Of a stretch of 64,000 nucleotides of DNA, positions 26,458 to 35,299 are shown piece after piece. A program made the translations under genes and the position numbers. The DNA comes from Acidimicrobiia bacterium (GTDB lineage: Bacteria; Actinomycetota; Acidimicrobiia; IMCC26256; JAENVU01), in the NCBI GenBank assembly GCA_031422675.1, contig JANPMG010000002.1, positions 4,379-68,378 of the forward strand. Direction: 5' to 3'. The notes under the pieces were generated by a model. It was not told the DNA's origin, did not search any database, and saw nothing but the letters and a program-made list of their open reading frames with translations. How positions within the stretch are numbered: the stretch's first letter is position 1; every line of letters starts with the position of its first letter.

Positions 26458-28146
26458 TCAGTTGGGCGACGTGGCGGGTTCGAGTCGGTGGACGCCGCGG
26501 GGCACGAACGAGAGGCCGTCGGATTCACCCAGGAGATCGGCGGCGAGAGCCACGACGGCCATGAACATCTCGGTGCCCCGCAGACCGGGTTGATCTCGCC
26601 CGATCTGCCACGGAAATCCTTCCCCGTCGACCCAATTGGCGCAGACGCCCTCGAGCGCCGCGGCGATCGCAGTTCGGATCTCGGCCCGGCGGTAGTCGGT
26701 CTGGCGCCCCAGCAGCCAGACCGGGTGCACGACGTCCAACAGGTTGCACGCGTTGCGCGCCTCGGTGGCAAACCAGGCGTAGTCCCGTGCGTGGGCGAGC
26801 ACGGTGTCGATCGCGGCTTCGGGACGGGGGACGTCCACCCCGAACTGCCCGTATGTGCCTCTCGTCAGGCGGTAGAACCCGTTGACCGCCATGAGCCAGC
26901 GGTAGTCGTACTCGCCGACGGGTTCGAGGTACTCGCCCCACATGCCGCTGCGCCGGTCCTGGTGGGTCAGCAGCCAGGCCCAGAGAGTGGACGCGGTGTT
27001 GCTCGAGCCGTGATGCGCGCGATTCAGATACAGGCCGGTGCCGAAGCCGTCGATCCACGAACCACTCGGCCACGCGAAGTAGTCGAAGTTCAGACCGTCG
27101 AGCAGGGCTTCGAGTTCACCGGCGGAACACTCCTCGATGATGTGGACGGGATGCGCCGGTCCCGCGCCGAGGACTTCGAGCGCATACCCGCACGACAGGA
27201 GCCCGTACATGTCCCACTCGTCGTGCGACGGCGTGAGGGTCATCGGGTGGTCCGGCAGCCGCGGATCGCGAAAGAGTCCGGAGCGTGGGTCTTGGGTCGC
27301 TTGGATGCGCTCGACGAGTTCGGCGCGATCGGCGTGGGGTGGCAACGCGCCGAACATGCCCGCGATCTCGACGGCGTCGTTGAGCGGACGCGGGTCGAGC
27401 AGATCGGCGCCGGGGAACTCGACGAACTCGACGCGATCCGACTGAAGGACGCGGCATCGTTCGAGGACGGCCGGCCATTGGTCGGCGACGGTGGCGTCGA
27501 ACGCGGCGAGGGCGGTACGCCCGACTTTCGTGGGTCGGCGGTCACGCCGATCCCGGATCTTCCGAGCCGGAACTCCGGCCATCACGCTGAAGGGTTCGAC
27601 GTCGCGAGTCACCACCGCACCTGCGGCGATCACACTGTGCGCGCCGACGGTGACGCCGTCGACGATCACCGCGTTCGCACCGATCCACACGTCGTCTTCC
27701 ACGACCACACCGACCGACGTGATTCCTTGGTCCATGATCGGGATGTCGGGGTCGTCGAAGCGGTGGTTCTCGCCGACCAGGACCACGTAGGCCGCGATGC
27801 GGACCCGGGACCCGATGGTCACCCTGCCGATCGTGACGACGCCCGGATTGAGGCCGGTGAGTTCGCCGATCGTCAACTCGCCGCGGATCTTGCAACCACT
27901 CGCGATCGTGCTGCGTGCGCCGAGCGTGAAGGTGTCGGCGATCACGTTGGCGCCGAGCGCAACGAAACTGTTCGGATCCACGTGATATCCGGCGCGTGCG
28001 GTCAGCTCGGCGTGCGCGGCGATGCGCTCGGGCGAGGGGTCCCGGGCGTACTCCAACCACCAGGGTTCGTCCTCGATGCGTTGGGCCGGGAGTTCGGTCC
28101 ACCGATCCGGTGCTGACCCGCTCTCGGCGTGGTCGTCACGCGTCAT
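26458..28146 (-). CDS. Left-handed beta-helix (hexapeptide) acyltransferase fused to a roughly 350-aa C-terminal domain of unknown function
   Basis: The N-terminal half has hexapeptide repeats (IGSRVRIAAYVVLVGENH..., VVVEDDVWIGANAVIVDGVTVGAHSVIAAGAVVTRDVEPFSVMAGVPAR). The C-terminal half is W/Y-rich and helical (DPRSGLF..., DRRSGMWGEY..., NGFYRLTRG), reminiscent of alpha/alpha-toroid repeats. Confidence 0.8.
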   Translation of the reverse strand: MTRDDHAESGSAPDRWTELPAQRIEDEPWWLEYARDPSPERIAAHAELTARAGYHVDPNSFVALGANVIADTFTLGARSTIASGCKIRGELTIGELTGLNPGVVTIGRVTIGSRVRIAAYVVLVGENHRFDDPDIPIMDQGITSVGVVVEDDVWIGANAVIVDGVTVGAHSVIAAGAVVTRDVEPFSVMAGVPARKIRDRRDRRPTKVGRTALAAFDATVADQWPAVLERCRVLQSDRVEFVEFPGADLLDPRPLNDAVEIAGMFGALPPHADRAELVERIQATQDPRSGLFRDPRLPDHPMTLTPSHDEWDMYGLLSCGYALEVLGAGPAHPVHIIEECSAGELEALLDGLNFDYFAWPSGSWIDGFGTGLYLNRAHHGSSNTASTLWAWLLTHQDRRSGMWGEYLEPVGEYDYRWLMAVNGFYRLTRGTYGQFGVDVPRPEAAIDTVLAHARDYAWFATEARNACNLLDVVHPVWLLGRQTDYRRAEIRTAIAAALEGVCANWVDGEGFPWQIGRDQPGLRGTEMFMAVVALAADLLGESDGLSFVPRGVHRLEPATSPN

Positions 28147-29554
28147 CAGCGGATCCTCGCGCCAACTTCTTCACCCGGGTGAGCTCCACCCGATCGTCGT
28201 GCTCCTTGTAGAAGGGGTCCAGCGGGAAACAGCCCGACACCAGACCGTGTCTCGGCGCGGTGGTGCAATCCGAGAAGGTCCGGCAGATCTGCGCGCGGTG
28301 GAGTTCTCGGCCGGACAGGACATCGGCCGGGAGTTCGGGATAGGAGAGCACCATCCGCCCGAGCCCCACCATCGTCGCATCGCCGCGTTCGATCGCCGCC
28401 TGGGCCACATTCGGGAGCCAGTCCTGGAGGTAGGAGTAGCCGGACCCGACCACTGTGAGATCCGGGTGGCGCCGGGTGATCTCGGCGGTCACCGCGAGTT
28501 GGCGGGCCACGCCGACAAGCGGATCCTCGGGCGGTCGGTAACCGTCCGACGGCGGGAAGTACGCCGGCCGTTGCACGTGAGGGTTGTAGTACGGACTGCC
28601 GGCCGTGATGCTGACGAGTCCGATGCCCAGGTTGCGAACGAGCTCGAGGAAGGCGTGCGTCTCGGTGAGGTCGATGCCGAGACCGGTTCCGTCGCCGCCG
28701 AACGCGTACGGGTAGCGGTTCTCGGTGGTCGGTTCGGGTACGCCGATTCCGTCGACCCCGGGCGAGAACGGCATGAGATCGAAGGCGGAGAGCCGGACCG
28801 CGATCGCCAGGTGCGGCGCGCGCACTCGGATCCCGTCGACGACGGTGCGTAAGAACTGGGTGCGGGCGTGGAGGTCACCTCCGTACCGGCCGGGACGATC
28901 GTGGGCGGAGAGCAACTCGTGCAACAGGTAGCCGTGACAGTGCTTGATGTCGACGAAGTCGAAGCCGGCATCCTGGGCGAGAACTGCGGCATCGACGTAG
29001 TCCTGCGTGAGGTCGTCGAGCTCGGCGTCCGAGAGCAGCTGAGATTCGGTGGCGGCGACGCGCGGGTCGAGCAACGGATGGGAGTACGCAATGCGCGGTC
29101 GGGGTTCGCCATTCGGCCGGGACCAGCGCCCGGAATGGGTGAGCTGGAGACCGGCAACCTGGTGGGGTGCGAGGAGCGCGCGCAGCGCCGCAAACTCGTG
29201 CACGGTGGTGGCGTCGAGCAGGAGTTGGCGTGGATTCGCGCGCCCGTCGGCGCGCACTGCGGTGGCCTCACACCAGGCGAGACCGGCCCCGCTCGCACCG
29301 ATGCGTTGCCAGCGGCGGCGGACCAGATCCGTCGGCCGGCCTTCGGTGGTGCCGTCCCACCCTTCCATCGGCAGGATCGCGAACCGGTTCGGCGCGGTGA
29401 GGGTGCCGACGTGTCCGTCGCGAATCGTCACCGGGTCGGCGAGCGGCCCGGGGGCGCGGGCGTGATCGGACACGGCGATGTCCAACCCGAGGTCGGCGAC
29501 GTGCGCGCGGAACTCGGCGGCGGTGCGGAGTCGCTTGACCTGGGTGTACCTCAT
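28136..29554 (-). CDS. NADH:flavin oxidoreductase (Old Yellow Enzyme family)
   Basis: NRFAILPMEGWD, LQLTHSGR, GFDFVDIKHCHGYLLHELLS and AVRLSAF...GLVSITAG are hallmarks of the OYE TIM barrel. Confidence 0.85.
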   Translation of the reverse strand: MRYTQVKRLRTAAEFRAHVADLGLDIAVSDHARAPGPLADPVTIRDGHVGTLTAPNRFAILPMEGWDGTTEGRPTDLVRRRWQRIGASGAGLAWCEATAVRADGRANPRQLLLDATTVHEFAALRALLAPHQVAGLQLTHSGRWSRPNGEPRPRIAYSHPLLDPRVAATESQLLSDAELDDLTQDYVDAAVLAQDAGFDFVDIKHCHGYLLHELLSAHDRPGRYGGDLHARTQFLRTVVDGIRVRAPHLAIAVRLSAFDLMPFSPGVDGIGVPEPTTENRYPYAFGGDGTGLGIDLTETHAFLELVRNLGIGLVSITAGSPYYNPHVQRPAYFPPSDGYRPPEDPLVGVARQLAVTAEITRRHPDLTVVGSGYSYLQDWLPNVAQAAIERGDATMVGLGRMVLSYPELPADVLSGRELHRAQICRTFSDCTTAPRHGLVSGCFPLDPFYKEHDDRVELTRVKKLARGSADDA

Positions 29555-30525
29555 GTGAACTCGTGCAACCGGCCGAGGATGGCGGCCAACACGGCGCGGT
29601 CGGACTCGGGTCGGCGGGCCACGCCGGGGGGAGTGCCGTCGGTCCCAGCCCAGCCGCGGAGTTCGAAGAACATCGCCGCGTCATGCCGGTACGCCGGCAC
29701 CGGATCGCGAAAGGCGAACGCACCGAGGTATTGGAGGAGATCGTTGAGTTCGTAGAAGCGCGGATCCCCGAGTTGCCACATCCGATCGCGCATGGCGAAC
29801 GCCTCGGGCGCAAAGGTCGAGAGGCCGAGGAGATAGTCGGAGCCGTACATGACCATGTCGATCGCGAGATCGTTGCCGGTGAAGACCGTGAACTCGGGTC
29901 GCAACTCGTCGCGGATCTGCAACCGGTCCCATTCGAGTTGTCGGCTGAGCGAGCTGTGCTTCGCGCCCAGGCACTGTGGAATCTGGACGAGTTCACGGTA
30001 CGCGTCGAGCGAGACGATCCGACCGTACGGCACGAACATCGGGCCGAGCTCGAACCCGATGAACCGATCGAGATGGGTGGCCAGGGCTCGGTGGGCTTCG
30101 ACCCAGCCGTCGTCGCTGAGTTCGTTGAGTCCGTGCGACGGAAAGATGACCGGGGTGCCGCCGCGGGTGGCGATTGCATCGGCGGCGCGGCGGTACGCGT
30201 CGAGATCGAAGGTTTCTCCGCCTGCATCGGCCACGTACGCGCCGGCGACGAACGCCCCGCCGGTGACAGCGGCGGCGAGGTCGAGTACGCGGTCCTGGTC
30301 TCGGGTTGCGAGCAGCTGGACGTAACCGGTGTCCATGTTGACGGCGGGCGTGAGCCCGGCGGCGTGGGTGCGCTCGATGTGGGCCTCGACCCCCGGCCAG
30401 TCGATGGTGTCCTCCGCGGTGAACGGTACGAGCACGGCCGACACCCCGGTGACTGTTCGCCGCGGCCGCACACGCGTGCTGATGTCGAGATCGGCGCCGT
30501 CGGTCACGCGCCGATCCTCGCGCAC
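29551..30525 (-). CDS. Dihydrodipicolinate synthase / N-acetylneuraminate lyase family (DapA-like) class I aldolase
   Basis: GTG 30525 follows a GGAGG RBS. VSAVLVPFTAEDTIDWPGVEAHIER..., a Schiff-base Lys in the context CLGAKHSS. ATGA overlap with the OYE gene. Confidence 0.75.
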   Translation of the reverse strand: MREDRRVTDGADLDISTRVRPRRTVTGVSAVLVPFTAEDTIDWPGVEAHIERTHAAGLTPAVNMDTGYVQLLATRDQDRVLDLAAAVTGGAFVAGAYVADAGGETFDLDAYRRAADAIATRGGTPVIFPSHGLNELSDDGWVEAHRALATHLDRFIGFELGPMFVPYGRIVSLDAYRELVQIPQCLGAKHSSLSRQLEWDRLQIRDELRPEFTVFTGNDLAIDMVMYGSDYLLGLSTFAPEAFAMRDRMWQLGDPRFYELNDLLQYLGAFAFRDPVPAYRHDAAMFFELRGWAGTDGTPPGVARRPESDRAVLAAILGRLHEFT

Positions 30526-30545
30526 GCTGGCTCCGCCTCCTTCCC

Positions 30546-30653
30546 GATCTTCGTGCACTTTGGGGACCCTCGCCTCCGAAAAGTGCACGAAAGTCGAGGA
30601 TCCGGGCGAGGATCAGAGCGCAGCGCACGAAAGTCGAGGATCCGGGCGAGGAC
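30546..30653. repeat. REP-like element, copy B: imperfect palindrome plus a 40-bp tandem duplication
   Basis: The arms are gatcttcgtgcactttgggg (30546-30565) and ccgaaaagtgcacgaaagtc (30576-30595), with 16 of 20 positions pairing. g[t/c]gcacgaaagtcgaggatccgggcgagga then occurs twice (30583-30612 and 30623-30652). It shares gtgcacgaaagtcgagg with copy A. Confidence 0.85.
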
Positions 30654-30672
30654 AGCCCTGCTGCGGCGGCGA

Positions 30673-32241
30673 CTACACCGGGGCTTCGACGTCCAGACGG
30701 GGGGTGTGGGCGGGGGGCTGATGGTCCCAGAGGTCGGCGACGAGATCGGATTGGAGTGCGGCGACGGCCGGGTCGTTCCAGCGGTTGTGGTGCTGGAACG
30801 GGTCGGTGCCGAGCTCGTACAACTCGCCTTCGGTGCCGTCGTGGACGAACCCCGGCCGGTAGGCGGTGCAGACCCATCCGTCGCGGGTGATGGTGCGGAG
30901 GTGGACCGCCACCCCCCAGAGCTCGCTGTCCCACTCGGTGAGCACCCGTTCCTTGCCCCGGGCCGCGGCGTCAGCGTCGTCGACGGGCAGCGTCGTCGCC
31001 TGCAAGTAGTCGGGCGCGTCCACGCCGGCGATCGCGCAGAACGTGGGCGCGAGTTCCACCAACCCGACCGGCGTCGTGACCACCGCGGCCGGCACGTTCG
31101 CGGCCGGCGCGGGACGCCAGATCAGCGGGAGTCGCATCAACGAGTCGGTGTGGTACGGGCCCTTGAACAGAAGCCCGAAGTCGCCCTGGAGCTCGCCGTG
31201 ATCCGTGGTGAACACGATGTCGACGTCGTCGGTCCAGCCGCGTGCGTCGATCGCAGCCAGCACGCGGCCGAGAGCTTCGTCGATGAGTTCGCATTCGACT
31301 GCGTTGCGCGCGTTGACCTCGCGCACCTGGTCCGCAGTCATCGCGGCCGGCACCCAGTGCTTCGGTGCTTCGTAGTTCGAGACGAGCTCGCCGTCGTACC
31401 ACATGCGCCAGTGGCGCGGTTTGTCGTCGAGAATCCGCTCGCGCTCGGCTGCGGTGGTTGGGTAACCCGCGGGGAGTGGCGTGTCGTGCCAGTCGATGCG
31501 GTGCATCTCGGACTCGGGTGGATCCCACGGGTGGTGCGGATCTGGGAAGCTCATCCAGCAGAACCAGTCGTCCGCGGTGTCGAGGCCGTCGAGCCACGCG
31601 ATCGTGCGATCGGCCACCCAGTCGGTGTGATACCAGTCGCGCGGAATCGGGTTGGCTTTCACTTGGGGCGCGTCGGTGTCTCCGCCGCCGAGCGCGCTCA
31701 CGTTCCAGCCGGCGTCGATCGCGGCGTAGAACATCCCGACCGCTTCGGGATGGTGGGTGCCGAGCCACTGTGCGTAGTGCAACATTCCGGCTGCGCCGTG
31801 CGTGGCGAACTCGAGGTGGTCGAAGCCGCGGTGGGGGCCGACGGTGCCGTCCGCCCACGGCCGTGGCGCGGTCTCCTCGCCGGACCGGGCGAGCAGGTTC
31901 TCGGTGAAGCGGCCGAACGCGTCCATGAAAGGTTCGAAGTGCGCCTTGCCGATGAGGGCGGTTCGATATCCGGCGCGGTGCAGATCGGCCGCCACCGACG
32001 GCGCGTCCACCGGCAGCGGGACACCGTTCATCCACACGCCGTGGGTACTCGGGTACTGACCCGTGAGCATCGTGGACCGGCTCGGCATGCACACCACGGA
32101 CTGCGGGATCGCTCGTTCGTAGCGGATGCCACTGGCGGCGAGGGCGTCGACGACGGGAGTGCGCGCCAGCGTTCCACCGTTGCACCCCAGCGTGTCGTAC
32201 CGCTGCTGGTCGGTCGTGACGAACAAGATCTTCCGGCCCAT
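30673..32241 (-). CDS. Sulfatase (formylglycine-dependent arylsulfatase family)
   Basis: ILFVTTDQQRYD...SVVCMPSRSTMLTGQYPSTHG, with the CxPxR formylglycine motif. Confidence 0.92.
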   Translation of the reverse strand: MGRKILFVTTDQQRYDTLGCNGGTLARTPVVDALAASGIRYERAIPQSVVCMPSRSTMLTGQYPSTHGVWMNGVPLPVDAPSVAADLHRAGYRTALIGKAHFEPFMDAFGRFTENLLARSGEETAPRPWADGTVGPHRGFDHLEFATHGAAGMLHYAQWLGTHHPEAVGMFYAAIDAGWNVSALGGGDTDAPQVKANPIPRDWYHTDWVADRTIAWLDGLDTADDWFCWMSFPDPHHPWDPPESEMHRIDWHDTPLPAGYPTTAAERERILDDKPRHWRMWYDGELVSNYEAPKHWVPAAMTADQVREVNARNAVECELIDEALGRVLAAIDARGWTDDVDIVFTTDHGELQGDFGLLFKGPYHTDSLMRLPLIWRPAPAANVPAAVVTTPVGLVELAPTFCAIAGVDAPDYLQATTLPVDDADAAARGKERVLTEWDSELWGVAVHLRTITRDGWVCTAYRPGFVHDGTEGELYELGTDPFQHHNRWNDPAVAALQSDLVADLWDHQPPAHTPRLDVEAPV

Positions 32242-32327
32242 TGCCCACTTTCCTTCCGCTCATGGCGCCTGCGGCGCCGTGCCGCTCGGGCCACGCCTCG
32301 CCGCGTCGTCCGAGCGTGTTCTGGGGT

Positions 32328-32750
32328 TCAGCGGCGAGTCTCTTGTTCTCGGACTTGTACTTGTACTTGTTCGAGCTGTCGTTTGAGTTCTTTCAGTGCG
32401 TTGCCGGTGGCACCGCCGATCATCAACGCCAACGCGGCCGGTTCGCAGTCGGTGGAGTAGGCCACGAGGCTGGTGCCGTCACCGACGTCGAACACGTCGA
32501 TGGTGCCGAGGTGATCCTGAATGAATCCGGGCGCCAACCGGTATTGGAACCGACGTTGGATCGCGTCGTTGGTGACGATCTCCTCGGCCATCGGGAGTCC
32601 GGACACGGTGGTGATCGTCCGCGTGGTGCCGTCGACCTCGGCGCTCACCATCCCGGGAAACCAATCGGCGATCGTGGCCGGGTCGCCGATGACCGCGTAG
32701 ACGTCGTCGGGCGATCGATGGATGATGGCCTGGCGCCGTACCGATGCCAT
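32328..32750 (-). CDS. SRPBCC (START / polyketide cyclase-like) ligand-binding protein
   Basis: 140 aa. RRQAIIHRSPDDVYAVIGDPATIADWFPGM...RFQYRL..., typical of the SRPBCC family. Confidence 0.75.
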   Translation of the reverse strand: MASVRRQAIIHRSPDDVYAVIGDPATIADWFPGMVSAEVDGTTRTITTVSGLPMAEEIVTNDAIQRRFQYRLAPGFIQDHLGTIDVFDVGDGTSLVAYSTDCEPAALALMIGGATGNALKELKRQLEQVQVQVREQETRR

Positions 32751-32754
32751 GCGG

Positions 32755-35043
32755 CTACTGCCGGCTCATGGTGGCGCGCTCGATCGACGCGGCGTTGGCG
32801 GCTTCGTCGGCCGGGCGTTCGGACACGAGTTGGATGTCCACGCGGTCGAGTCGACCTTCGAACGGGAATGCGTCGGTATAGCGCTCGCTCACGGGTGAGC
32901 CGTGGTCGAAGCCGACGCTGGGGCCGAGGCTCGAGATGATGCGCATCGCGAACGGGATCTCGACGGTGCCACATTCCTCACCGTCGATCACCAGCGTCGC
33001 CCGGCCCGCCTCGCGGCCGACGCGACGGAAGCGAACGCCGATGACCGACGCGCCCTCGGGCACCGCCCGCTCCGACTCGACGATGGTGTGACTTCCGAAG
33101 CAGTTGTAATCGAACACGAGTCGATCCTTCTGGACGAACAGACTCGCGCCCGAGTTGCCGTTACCGGTCGCGTACAGGACGCCGCCCTCGCCCTTCCTCC
33201 GTTCGACGGCGGCATCGAGATCCCAGTTCCGACCGCCGATCCCGGCACCGACCTGCGCGGGCATCGGGGCCAGGGGTGGCCGGTAGGTGTAGTGCCGGCT
33301 CTCGGGATGGGGCGACCGGTCCCGGAAGCGCGCACCGAAGAGCTCGACCGTCCGATCGTCGAGCGGCAACACGCCGTGCGCCTCGGCCTCGGTCCACCAG
33401 AGCTCGACGAGTTCGGCGAGCTGGTCGGGCATCGTCGCGGCAAGGTCGTTGCACTCCGACCGATCCTGCGCGAGGTGGTAGAGCTCCCACTGATCGTCGT
33501 CGAACGGCGTGCCCGACTGATGGCGGGTGACGGCCTTCCATCCGTCGGAGTAGATGGCGCGATGGCCCATCATCTCGAAGTACTGCACCCCTTTGGCGGC
33601 GGGCGCGTCCGGTGCGGCGAAGGTGGAGAGCATCGATGTTCCGGTGATCGGCATCTGGTCGTGGCCGCGATAGGTGGTGGGCGCCTCGATCCCGAGCGCC
33701 TCGTAGATCGTGGGCACGATGTCGTTCACGTGATGGAACTGATCGCGCAGGTTCGTGGCCCCACCCACGCCCGATGAACCGCTGGGAATGCGATCGGGCC
33801 AATGCATCACGAGCGGGACGTGCACCCCGCCTTCGTGGGTGTTCTGCTTGTACCACTTGAACGGCGTGTTCCCCGCTTGGGACCAACCCCAGGGGTAGTT
33901 CGTGTGACTGTTCGGACCGCCGATGTCGTCGATGCGATCGATGGCTTCGTCGGGGGTCTCGAGAATGAAGTTGAAGAACTTCCACTCGTGCAATACGCCG
34001 AACGGGCCGCCTTCTTGTGACGCGCCGTTGTCGGACAGCAGCACGATCATTGTGTTGTCGAGTTCGTCGAGATGGGTGAGGGCATCGACGAGCCGGCCGA
34101 TCTGCGCGTCGGTGTGGTCCAGGAATCCAGCGAACGCTTCTTGCAGGCGCGCCGCGAGCTTGCGGTGATTCTCGGGCATGTCGTCCCACGCGTCGACGCC
34201 GGGATTGCGCGGCGCGAGCTGCGTGTCGGCGGGGAGCAGACCGCGCTCGATCTGGTTGGCGTGCCACTCGGCGCGAGTCACGTCCCAACCGGCGTCGAAC
34301 GCGCCGCGGTACTTCTCGAGGTATTCGGCGGGCGCTTGGTGGGGCGCGTGAGTGGCGCCGAACGCGAGGTAGAGGAAGAACGGCCGATCGGGCCGGATCG
34401 ACTTCGTGTCGTGCACGAACTCGATCGCGTGGTCGACGAGATCCTCGCTCAGGTGATACCCGTCGGCCGCGGACTTCGGTGGATCGACATGGTGGTTGTC
34501 GTAGACGAGTTCGGGATGGAACTGGTCGGTCTCGCCGTCGAGGAAACCGTAGAACCGGTCGAAACCTCGCCGGCACGGCCACTGGTCGTGCGGGCCGGCG
34601 GCGGACGCGTTCTCCATCTGGCTGAGGTGCCACTTGCCGACGGCGAAGGTGGTGTAGCCCTCGTCCCGCAGCACTTCCGCCGCGGTGGTGGCGTGGTTCG
34701 AGATGTGACCGCGCATGTTGGGGAAACCGGTGTTGAAGTTGCTCACCGAACGCATCCCGACTTCGTGGTGATTGCGGCCGGTCAGGAGCGCGGCCCGGGT
34801 GGGTGAGCACAACGGGGTGACGTGGAAGTTCGTGTACTGGAGTCCGTTGGCCGCGAGCCGGTCGATGTTCGGGGTCTCGATGGTCGAGCCGTAACACCCG
34901 AAATGGGAGAAGCCGAGGTCGTCCAACAGGATGACGACGACGTTGGGCGCCGTCTCGCCCGGGTGCGGAGCGTCGGGCCACCAGGGTGTCGATTCCGCCA
35001 GCGTCCGGCCGATGGTGCCCTGGAAGTTCTCGGAGTCGGTCAT
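32755..35043 (-). CDS. Large arylsulfatase (formylglycine-dependent)
   Basis: ATG 35043. NVVVILLDDLGFSHFGCYG...TPLCSPTRAALLTGRNHH (CxPxR), GKWHLS and LLSDNGAS. Confidence 0.92.
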   Translation of the reverse strand: MTDSENFQGTIGRTLAESTPWWPDAPHPGETAPNVVVILLDDLGFSHFGCYGSTIETPNIDRLAANGLQYTNFHVTPLCSPTRAALLTGRNHHEVGMRSVSNFNTGFPNMRGHISNHATTAAEVLRDEGYTTFAVGKWHLSQMENASAAGPHDQWPCRRGFDRFYGFLDGETDQFHPELVYDNHHVDPPKSAADGYHLSEDLVDHAIEFVHDTKSIRPDRPFFLYLAFGATHAPHQAPAEYLEKYRGAFDAGWDVTRAEWHANQIERGLLPADTQLAPRNPGVDAWDDMPENHRKLAARLQEAFAGFLDHTDAQIGRLVDALTHLDELDNTMIVLLSDNGASQEGGPFGVLHEWKFFNFILETPDEAIDRIDDIGGPNSHTNYPWGWSQAGNTPFKWYKQNTHEGGVHVPLVMHWPDRIPSGSSGVGGATNLRDQFHHVNDIVPTIYEALGIEAPTTYRGHDQMPITGTSMLSTFAAPDAPAAKGVQYFEMMGHRAIYSDGWKAVTRHQSGTPFDDDQWELYHLAQDRSECNDLAATMPDQLAELVELWWTEAEAHGVLPLDDRTVELFGARFRDRSPHPESRHYTYRPPLAPMPAQVGAGIGGRNWDLDAAVERRKGEGGVLYATGNGNSGASLFVQKDRLVFDYNCFGSHTIVESERAVPEGASVIGVRFRRVGREAGRATLVIDGEECGTVEIPFAMRIISSLGPSVGFDHGSPVSERYTDAFPFEGRLDRVDIQLVSERPADEAANAASIERATMSRQ

Positions 35044-35299
35044 GCGGTGCCCCCCGTGCCTCGGATCTGCGCACCCTATGTATTGACACTCCAACTGTCA
35101 AAAGTTCGATGTGCAATGTTTGGCGACCATGACTGGTACTCAGAGTCCACCCACGCCCGGGCCGCAGCGCGGCGGAGACGAGCAGCTCGGGAGGGAACCC
35201 GCGAGTTTTCCGACTCCCGTGGACGGCGACCGGACGAGCAGAAATCTGGGTCACGCGGAACACATTCGGGGGGCAGATCAGCGGGGGTTGGCGGGGGAG

